A stretch of DNA of 24,000 nucleotides from Verrucomicrobiota bacterium (GTDB lineage Bacteria; Verrucomicrobiota; Verrucomicrobiia; Verrucomicrobiales; DEV007): contig JBCCIR010000044.1 in assembly GCA_039028175.1 (NCBI GenBank), positions 9,413 through 33,412 of the forward strand. The letters run 5' to 3'. The notes under the pieces are model-generated. The model saw only the letters and a list, made by a program, of their open reading frames with translations, ran no database searches and was not told where the DNA came from. Positions within the stretch are counted from its first letter, which is position 1; each line of letters begins with the position of its first letter. Shown in pieces: positions 6,044 through 12,507 of this stretch. The position numbers and the translations under genes are program-made.

Positions 6044-9000
6044 TTAGAGGGACTCGAGTTTATCGGCGAGGGCATCGAGGCCTTTGAAATCGAAGGCGCG
6101 AACGAGGTTGCCGATCGATTCACCGGCGGGTTTGGTGGCGGGATCGGCGGCGAGTTCTTCGGCGATGGATTTGAGAGCGGTGAGGTTCTTGATTTTGAGA
6201 GCGGCGCGGAATTTTTCGAGGGCGGCGGCGGGGATGGCGGTTAGTTCGGCGCTGCCTCCGCTTTGGGATTCGTCTTCGGAAGCGGGTGTGTTTTCGATGC
6301 GGGTGGAGTCGAACGTGGCGCCGATGTGTTTTTTGAGGAGGGCGACAAGTTCTTCCATGCGGAAGGGCTTGCCGAGAAACCCATCGAAGCCGGCGGCGAT
6401 GGCTTTTTCGCGGAACTCGGGGAAGACGCTGGCGGTGACGGCGAGGACGATGTGGTGTTTGAGTTCGTCATCGGCGCGGATGGCCTTGATGGCTTCGATG
6501 CCGTTCATGCGCGGCATACGAACATCCATGAGAACGATGGCGATTTTGTCGTTATTGGCGCGGAGGGTGTCGACGGCGGTATCTCCGTCGTCAGCGAGGA
6601 GGATATCGAAGCCGGCGCCGGTGAGCATTTGGTTGAGGATATCGCGATTGGCTTCGCGATCGTCGGCGACGAGGATGGTGAATTCCTGACCGGGAGCGAG
6701 GGCGTGGTGAGCGGCTTCAGAATCACCTTCGGTTTCGTTCCAGGCGAGGTCTTTCTTGTTGGCTTCTTCGAGGGGGAGAGTGACGGTGAAGGTGCTGCCT
6801 TTGCCTTTTTCGCTGGCGACTTCGAGGGTTCCGTCGAGGACTTCGGCGAGGCGTTTGGTGATGGAGAGTCCGAGGCCGGTGCCGCCGGCGGCTTTTCCGG
6901 CTTCGACTTGTTTGAAGGGATCGAAGATTTGTTCGAGTTCGTGCGGGGTCATTCCGACGCCGCTGTCGACGACATCGAAGCGGAGGCTCCCTTTGGGTTT
7001 TTCGGCGACGCGGAGGGTGACTTCTCCATCGTCGGTGAACTTGACGGCGTTGCCGAGGAGGTTGACGAGGATTTGGCGAATCTTTGGCGCATCGGAGACG
7101 ATGCCTTGAGGGACTTCGGGGGATACATCGACGTTGAAATCGACGCCTTTATTGGTGGCGCGTTGTTGGACGACATCGCCGACGCTTTTGATGAGTTTGT
7201 GGAGGTCGCAGGGGGCGAGATCGACATCGATGCGACCGGCTTCGATTTTCGAAAGGTCGAGGACGTCGTTGATGAGGGCGAGGAGATGATCGCCGCAGTT
7301 GACGATGGCGTCGAGGCTGGTTTTCTGGCCGGTGGTGATATCGGAATCGCGTTGGAGGATTTGGGAGTAGCCGAGGATGCCATTGAGGGGGGTGCGGAGT
7401 TCGTGACTCATGTGGGAGAGGAACTCGCTTTTGGCGCGATTGGCGGCATCGGCGTTTTCGCGGGCGACCTCGAGTTCTTCGGACAGTTTTTTCGCTTCGG
7501 TGATATCGATGATGACACCGTCGAGGTGGTCGACTGAGCCGTCGTCGCGGAAGGCGGCGCGCCCGCGCTCGCCAACCCAGCGGATCTCGCCGTCAGCGCG
7601 GACGATACGGTATTGGATATCCCATGGTTCCTTTTTATTGACGGCGGCGTCGACCTCATCGACAACCTGCTGGCTATCTTCGGTGCTGATAACGCTATCG
7701 TAGGTGCGGACCGCGTTATCGATGAATTCTGTGGCGGGGTATCCGGTGATTTCGCGGACGTTCTCGCTGATAAACTGCATGGTCCAATCGTCGTCGTTCA
7801 GGCAGCGGTAGACGGTGCCGGGAAGGTTGGCGACGAGGGTGCGGAAGCGTTCCTCTTTCTTGATGATTTCCGCGCCGATTTCTTTTTGCTTGGTGATGTC
7901 TTCCTCAATGGCGACGAAGTGGGTGGTGTTTCCGTCGTCGTCGCGGATGGGGGAAAGGGCGGCGGAGACCCAGAAGATGGAGCCGTCTTTTTTGCGGTTG
8001 CAGAATTCGCCGTGCCATTCGCGACCGTCGGTGAGAGTGTTCCAGACCTCGTCGTAGAGGGCGGGTTCCTGGAGGCCGGACTTGAGGATTCGTGGGGTTT
8101 GGCCGATCGCTTCGTCGGGGGTGTATCCGGTGACTTCTGTGAAGCGCGGGTTTACGTATTCGATATCGCCGTCGGGATCCGTGATGAAGACGATGGCGGT
8201 GCCTTGTTCGATGGCTTGGTTGAGTTTTCGGAGGCTGGCTTCGGCCTCTTTGCGTTCGCTGATATCGCGAATGGCGGCGACGGCCATGGTGGTGCCGGCT
8301 TCGTGGAATGGGCTGAGGCCGATTTCGATGGGGAACTCGCTGCCGTCTTTTCGTTTTCCGTGCAGTTCGAGATCGGCACCCATGGAGCGGGTGCGGGGTG
8401 CCGCGAAATATTCGTTCAGGTGGGCCCCGTGGCCGCTGCGAAAGTCCTCGGGCATGAGGTCTTCGACCGTCATCTTGGCGATTTCTTCCCGGGAGTAGCC
8501 GAAAATTTGCGAGACTTGATCATTGGAGCGGCTGATGGCTCCCTTGGAATCGACGATGATCATGGCGTCGGGCGCGGATTCGAGGAGATCGGAGAGGGTG
8601 GTTTCGCGGGCGGTTTCGAGTTTTGCTTCGCGGTCGGCGACCTTGCGTTGCATGGTGGCGAAGGCGCCGGCGAGTTCTTGGATTTCATCGTGGGTGCGGA
8701 TGTCGTCGAGGGGGACATCTTCGGCGCCGTCGGCGATTTGGAGGACTTTGCCGCGCAGGTTGGTGATGGGGCGGGCGACGCGGCCGGAGCTGAGGTAGAT
8801 GGTGGCGATCGTGAGGATCAGGGCCATGGCGAAGGCGCTGCCGAAGATGCCTTTTCGTTCGTGGAAGTCGGCCATGAGCTCCGCGGAATCGGCGGTGATG
8901 AAGAAGGTCCAGCCGGTAGAAGGGATGGGGGCGTGGGCGATGAAGACCTGGTCGAGGCCCATGAAGTTATCGAGGAGAATGACGCCGGTGGAGCCATTGA

Positions 9001-9778
9001 GCATTTCGTAGGCTTGATCTCTGAGGTGAGGGGTGCCTTCGACGTCGAGGGCGTCATCGATAGTGGCGTGCATGGTTTCGTCTTCGTAGGGGGAGTAGAC
9101 GAATTGTCCATTGGGGGCGATGATGAAGAAGACGTGACCTTCGGCGATGGTGTCGCCGATTTCCTGTTGGAGGGTTTCGAGATCGATATCGACGGTGGTG
9201 ACGCCCCAGAAGTTGTCGTGGCGGGTGAAGGGGACGGAATAGGTGGTCATGATGATGTTTCCGGCGCCTTCATCGAAGTACGGGGCGGTCCAGATGCCCT
9301 TTCCTTCGTTCTTGGGGCGGTGCCACCATTCGGTCGTTTCGTCGCCATACCAGTCGTAGGCTTCTTCATCGATATTCATTTCTATGTAGCCTCTGCCTTT
9401 TTCTTTGTCGCGATAGACGTAGGGGCTGAAGAGGCCTTCGACGTCTCTGTAGGTGCCGGGTTCGAAGGCCATGGCGGCGCCATAGACACGGTCGTTCATG
9501 GAGACATTGGATTTGAGCAGGCCGTAGATTTGCGACTCTTGAAGATTGGGAACGCGTTGAATGAAGCGGGCGGTGGTATCGGCGACGCGGGCGGGTTTGG
9601 AGATATATTCGTCGAAGCGGGCGGCGGCGATTTTTGCCATGTGTTCCATTTGGCGTTCGCCGGTTTCGACGACCTGGTGTTTGGCGAATTTTAGGACCCA
9701 GATGAGCGCGGCGGTGTAGATGGCCACGGTGGGGAGGCCGATGAAGAGGATCATTTTGCCGCGGATGGGGAGGCGCAT
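6044..9778 (-). CDS. Hybrid sensor histidine kinase (TM, Cache-like periplasmic domain, TM, HAMP, 3x PAS, HisKA, HATPase_c, REC, then a His-less C-terminal tail)
   Basis: 1244 aa.
- TM1: ILFIGLPTVAIYTAALIWVLKF.
- Periplasmic region with Cache-type blocks: YGAAMAFEPG, GIWTAPYFDEGAGNIIMTTYSVPF, GVTTVDIDL.
- TM2: IFGSAFAMALILTIATIYLSS, followed by a HAMP domain.
- Three PAS/PAC modules: APDAMIIVD..., TAIVFITDPDGDIEYVNPRF..., LPGTVYRC...DIQYRIVRADGEIRWV.
- H-box SHELRTPLNGILGY (His792).
- N/G boxes: LVNLLGNAVKFT, DSGVGM, GGTGLGLSI.
- Receiver: ILVADD...IVLMDVRMP (Asp1085)...GKPF. Confidence 0.95.
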   Translation of the reverse strand: MRLPIRGKMILFIGLPTVAIYTAALIWVLKFAKHQVVETGERQMEHMAKIAAARFDEYISKPARVADTTARFIQRVPNLQESQIYGLLKSNVSMNDRVYGAAMAFEPGTYRDVEGLFSPYVYRDKEKGRGYIEMNIDEEAYDWYGDETTEWWHRPKNEGKGIWTAPYFDEGAGNIIMTTYSVPFTRHDNFWGVTTVDIDLETLQQEIGDTIAEGHVFFIIAPNGQFVYSPYEDETMHATIDDALDVEGTPHLRDQAYEMLNGSTGVILLDNFMGLDQVFIAHAPIPSTGWTFFITADSAELMADFHERKGIFGSAFAMALILTIATIYLSSGRVARPITNLRGKVLQIADGAEDVPLDDIRTHDEIQELAGAFATMQRKVADREAKLETARETTLSDLLESAPDAMIIVDSKGAISRSNDQVSQIFGYSREEIAKMTVEDLMPEDFRSGHGAHLNEYFAAPRTRSMGADLELHGKRKDGSEFPIEIGLSPFHEAGTTMAVAAIRDISERKEAEASLRKLNQAIEQGTAIVFITDPDGDIEYVNPRFTEVTGYTPDEAIGQTPRILKSGLQEPALYDEVWNTLTDGREWHGEFCNRKKDGSIFWVSAALSPIRDDDGNTTHFVAIEEDITKQKEIGAEIIKKEERFRTLVANLPGTVYRCLNDDDWTMQFISENVREITGYPATEFIDNAVRTYDSVISTEDSQQVVDEVDAAVNKKEPWDIQYRIVRADGEIRWVGERGRAAFRDDGSVDHLDGVIIDITEAKKLSEELEVARENADAANRAKSEFLSHMSHELRTPLNGILGYSQILQRDSDITTGQKTSLDAIVNCGDHLLALINDVLDLSKIEAGRIDVDLAPCDLHKLIKSVGDVVQQRATNKGVDFNVDVSPEVPQGIVSDAPKIRQILVNLLGNAVKFTDDGEVTLRVAEKPKGSLRFDVVDSGVGMTPHELEQIFDPFKQVEAGKAAGGTGLGLSITKRLAEVLDGTLEVASEKGKGSTFTVTLPLEEANKKDLAWNETEGDSEAAHHALAPGQEFTILVADDREANRDILNQMLTGAGFDILLADDGDTAVDTLRANNDKIAIVLMDVRMPRMNGIEAIKAIRADDELKHHIVLAVTASVFPEFREKAIAAGFDGFLGKPFRMEELVALLKKHIGATFDSTRIENTPASEDESQSGGSAELTAIPAAALEKFRAALKIKNLTALKSIAEELAADPATKPAGESIGNLVRAFDFKGLDALADKLESL

Positions 9779-9781
9779 ATC

Positions 9782-9834
9782 AGAGGTCGGAGGTCAGGAG
9801 TCAGAGGTCGGAGGTCGGAGGTCGGAGGTCAGGA
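9782..9834. repeat. Tandem heptamer repeat, 7.5 copies of RGAGGTC (+ strand). It fills the entire spacer between the cyclase stop and the kinase start.
   Basis: agaggtc ggaggtc aggagtc agaggtc ggaggtc ggaggtc ggaggtc agga. The kinase ATG is at 9778-9776 and the cyclase TGA is at 9831-9829. In mRNA (minus) sense it reads UCCU(GACCUCC)n...GACCUCUGAUAUG. Confidence 0.9.
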
Positions 9835-10893
9835 TTTTTTGTTGAGGAGGAAGTAGGTTTCCATGGGGCCTTTGCCTTTGATTTCGACGGGGCCTCGAGA
9901 TTCGAAGTCGAATTTTCCGTCGAGGAGGGCTTTGGTATCGGCGGAGATGTGGATGCGATTTTTTTCTCCGGAGGATTCCATGCGGCTGGCGGTATTTACG
10001 GTGTCGCCCCAAAGGTCGTAGGCGAATTTTTTCTCGCCGATGACGCCGGCGACGACGGGGCCGCTGTGGATGCCGATGCGGAGGCCGACTTCGGGTTGGC
10101 CGGATTGGTTGAGCGAGGGGATTTCGTTGATGAGATCGAGGGCGAAGGAGGCGACGGCGGCGGCGTGATCGGGGACGGGATCGGGGACGCCGCCGGCGAG
10201 CATGTAGGCATCGCCGATGGTTTTGATTTTCTCCAGGTGATGTTTTGCGGCGAGTTGATCCATCATGGAGAACATGTCGTTGAGGAGCGTGACGACTTCT
10301 CCGGGGTGCAGTTCGGCGGAGAGTGGTGTGAAGCCGACGAGATCGCAGAAGAGGATGGAGGCTTCGGGGATGGCGTCGACGATGTTGCGTTCGCTTTCCT
10401 TGAGGCGATCAGCGATGGATTGGGGGAGGATATTGAGGAGGAGGGCATCGGCCTGTTGGTGCATGCGTTGGACTTCTTCCTTGGCGCGCCGGAGTTCGAG
10501 CTGGGTATTGACGCGGGCGACGACCTCTTCGAACTGGAAGGGTTTGCTGACGTAATCGACCGCACCGAGTTTGAGGCCCTGGACCTTGTCCTGGACGGAG
10601 TCACGAGCGGAGAGGAAGATGACGACAATTTCTTTTGTTTCGGGGTTGGCTTTGAGTTTTTCGCAGGTTTCGAAGCCGTCCATACCGGGCATGTTGATAT
10701 CGAGGAGGATGAGGGCGGGTTGGGCTTCTCCGGCGATCTCGAGGGCTTCGGCGCCGGACATGGCGATGAGGAGTTCGTAGCCTTGTTCCTCGAGGGCTTG
10801 GTAGAGGACCTGGAGGTTGGTGGGGTTGTCGTCGACGAGGAGGACCTGATTATTCAGGGTCGATTGGTCGGCGCTGGGAAGAGGCGTGGTCAT
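9829..10893 (-). CDS. Response regulator fused to a class III adenylate (nucleotidyl) cyclase domain
   Basis: 354 aa. REC: VLLVDD, LILLDINMPG (Asp65), FLSARD, SKPF. Cyclase domain: ASILFCDLVGFTPLS and KIKTIGDAYMLAGG (the two metal Asp residues plus the purine-selecting Lys), GIHSGPVVAGVIG, FAYDLWGDTVNTASRMES (the adenine-selecting Asp plus the transition-state Asn/Arg). Confidence 0.9.
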   Translation of the reverse strand: MTTPLPSADQSTLNNQVLLVDDNPTNLQVLYQALEEQGYELLIAMSGAEALEIAGEAQPALILLDINMPGMDGFETCEKLKANPETKEIVVIFLSARDSVQDKVQGLKLGAVDYVSKPFQFEEVVARVNTQLELRRAKEEVQRMHQQADALLLNILPQSIADRLKESERNIVDAIPEASILFCDLVGFTPLSAELHPGEVVTLLNDMFSMMDQLAAKHHLEKIKTIGDAYMLAGGVPDPVPDHAAAVASFALDLINEIPSLNQSGQPEVGLRIGIHSGPVVAGVIGEKKFAYDLWGDTVNTASRMESSGEKNRIHISADTKALLDGKFDFESRGPVEIKGKGPMETYFLLNKKS

Positions 10894-10977
10894 CCGGGGT
10901 GTTATTGAGTGAACGCTAGCACAGGCTGGCGTGGAGAGAAGCCTGAATCGGGCGTGGGAGAATGGGTTGGGTAGGGT

Positions 10978-11006
10978 TTGACCGGGGCAGTTGTCTTTTC
11001 TAGGGT
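10978..11006 (+). promoter_or_regulatory. Candidate sigma70-like promoter, TTGACC-N17-TAGGGT, ending 9 nt before the ATG at 11016. The leader would be absent or very short.
   Basis: TTGACC at 10978-10983, a 17-nt spacer, TAGGGT at 11001-11006, ATG at 11016. It lies in the 122-nt divergent region between the cyclase operon and the DUF2092 gene. It is motif-level evidence only. Confidence 0.25.
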
Positions 11007-11015
11007 GTAGGGACG

Positions 11016-11828
11016 ATGAGACGCGAGCGACAGAAGCGGGTGTTGTGGATGGTGGGGGTGGTGACCGTTTTGATTGGTGTGTCTGGCTGCGAGACGCTGG
11101 GGCCGCAGGGGCCGGAGGAGGTGGATGCGAAGGCGGCGGAAGTTTTGACGGGAATGTCGGAGACGATCGGGGGGCGAGAGGCGATGACCTTTCGGGCGAC
11201 GCGGGTGACGGACCGGGAGTTGGCGGATTTTTTGAATGTGCCGACGAGTTCGCGGGCGGAGGTCATGGTGAGTGCACCGAATCGTTTTCGGGCGAAGATA
11301 TCGGACCCGGCGACGGTGCAGAGTGCATTTTTTGACGGGAGCACGCTGACGCTTTATCACCATGGGGAGAAATTGTATGCATCGGAGCGGGTGGCGCGTC
11401 GTTCGACGAGCGGGGCCTTGGACGTGATTGAGCGGCGTTATGGATTTATGCCGCCCTTGGCGGATTTCGTGGTGTTGAATCCGTATGAAAATCTGACGCG
11501 CTATATGACGACGGTGACGTATGAGGGCGAGGAGTGGATGGGGGGAGTGCGATGTGATCATGTATCGGCGACGGGTGAGGAAGTGGATTGGGATATTTGG
11601 GTGGGGGTGAAGGATCGGTTGCCGCGACGGTATACGGTGACGGCGAAGGAGATGGAGAGCCGGCCGCAGTGGCGGACGGATTTCAAGGGTTTTGATTTTG
11701 GTGCGGGTTTTCCGGAGGAGCATTTTACGTTTGTGCCGCCGGAGGGGGCGCATGCGATTCCGATGATTCGCAAGGGGGACGACACGGAGGATGTGATGCG
11801 GAAGGCGCGGGAGCTTTTAGAGGAATAA
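11016..11828 (+). CDS. DUF2092-like (LolA-fold) periplasmic lipoprotein
   Basis: 270 aa. The signal peptide and lipobox are MRRERQKRVLWMVGVVTVLIGVSGC. Blocks FFDGSTLTLYHHGEKLYA, MPPLADFVVLNPYENL, YEGEEWMGGVRCDHVSATGEEVDWDIWV and LPRRYTVT match my recollection of the DUF2092 family. No HMM has been run. Confidence 0.75.
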   Translation: MRRERQKRVLWMVGVVTVLIGVSGCETLGPQGPEEVDAKAAEVLTGMSETIGGREAMTFRATRVTDRELADFLNVPTSSRAEVMVSAPNRFRAKISDPATVQSAFFDGSTLTLYHHGEKLYASERVARRSTSGALDVIERRYGFMPPLADFVVLNPYENLTRYMTTVTYEGEEWMGGVRCDHVSATGEEVDWDIWVGVKDRLPRRYTVTAKEMESRPQWRTDFKGFDFGAGFPEEHFTFVPPEGAHAIPMIRKGDDTEDVMRKARELLEE

Positions 11829-11861
11829 CGGGGAAACAATAAACGTCAGGTAAGGAGACTT

Positions 11862-12134
11862 ATGAAGAAGAGCACGGTTGGAGTGTTGGTATTGGTTTTT
11901 GTTTTGTTGATGTTTGTGCCGCCGACGGCGCCACCGGAGGCGGAGGCGAGCCGGATTACGGCGCGGTATGGGGCGCCGAAAGCGACTTTACGGCGGGGTT
12001 ATCTGACGATTTTGCGGCGCGACGCCAAGATTTTGCAGATTGACGGGCAGCGGTATTATTTGCAGGACGGAGTATTGTTTCAGCCTGCTTATCACAACGG
12101 GCGGCTGGTGTACGTCCCGGTGGGGCGGCTTTAG
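11862..12134 (+). CDS. Small (90 aa) secreted protein, hypothetical
   Basis: A good SD precedes the start (taaggagacttATG). The signal peptide is MKKSTVGVLVLVFVLLMFVPPTAPPEAEA. The mature part contains a G.RYYLQDGVLFQP....GRLVYVPV motif, which resembles the Y-Y-x-dG-x-F/Y ... Y-V-V-P repeats seen in small periplasmic proteins. Confidence 0.6.
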   Translation: MKKSTVGVLVLVFVLLMFVPPTAPPEAEASRITARYGAPKATLRRGYLTILRRDAKILQIDGQRYYLQDGVLFQPAYHNGRLVYVPVGRL

Positions 12135-12171
12135 GAGGGGATTTTGCGAGACAGTTAACCGACAAGAAATC

Positions 12172-12468
12172 ATGACGAAGCAAGGCGAAGAAGATCCATT
12201 GGACGACGTATTCAGTTTTATCAAGCGTCAGCGTGACGAGTTGCAGGTGAAGATGCACCTGGCGCAGGCGGATGCGAAGGATGAGTGGGAGAAGCTGGAG
12301 GCGAAGTGGGTGGATTTGAGTGAACGGGCGGAGCCGTTGACGGGTGCGGTGAAGGAGGGGGCGGAGACGGTGGGTGAGCAGGCGAAGAACGTGGCGGGGG
12401 CGGCGAAGGATGTGGCGGCGCGGGAGTTGAAGGAGGGGTATGAGCGGTTGCGTAAGCTTTTGGAGTAG
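12172..12468 (+). CDS. Small (98 aa) acidic, probably all-helical cytoplasmic protein, hypothetical
   Basis: Internal ATG of ORF 12040..12468, because the upstream part overlaps the previous gene. The sequence MTKQGEEDPLDDVFSFIKRQRDELQVKMHLAQADAKDEWEKLEAKWVDLSERAEPL...LKEGYERLRKLLE has no signal peptide or TM segment and has a heptad-like charge pattern. Confidence 0.5.
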   Translation: MTKQGEEDPLDDVFSFIKRQRDELQVKMHLAQADAKDEWEKLEAKWVDLSERAEPLTGAVKEGAETVGEQAKNVAGAAKDVAARELKEGYERLRKLLE

Positions 12469-12507
12469 GGGGAGGTATTTCTGAGCGGCGCTGTCGTTCT
12501 TTTGGGG

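Noticed and set aside
7613-9694. A very long (693 aa) + strand ORF antisense to the histidine kinase. Similar long antisense ORFs occur at 19558..20925 +, 6263..7537 +, 9949..10908 +, 10902..11753 -, 12725..13321 -, 13516..14310 - and 2330..3379 -.
   Set aside because: All are nested opposite genes with strong family signatures. They have low-complexity compositions (G/D/E/V/A/F-rich or R/P/H/T/S-rich). They are the expected by-product of the codon bias. Sense codons ending in C or A give antisense codons starting with G or T, and the sense codons that would create antisense stops (TTA, CTA, TCA) are avoided. There is no independent evidence of coding.
9782-9834. Could the short tandem repeat be a CRISPR array or a coding repeat?
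   Set aside because: The units are 7 nt with no spacers, so it is not a CRISPR array. The ORF-track entry 9794..10012 (-), which reads through it as ...LTSDLRPPTSDS, lies out of frame inside the cyclase gene's 3' end and is an artefact.
4143-10893. Reading the cyclase plus small TM proteins as a Pycsar/CBASS-like cyclic-nucleotide defence system.
   Set aside because: The cyclase has the canonical adenylate-cyclase specificity residues and a phospho-receiver input rather than a phage-sensing architecture. The small membrane proteins have no room for a cyclic-nucleotide-binding domain. Nothing else in the window is defence-associated. The idea cannot be supported from sequence alone.
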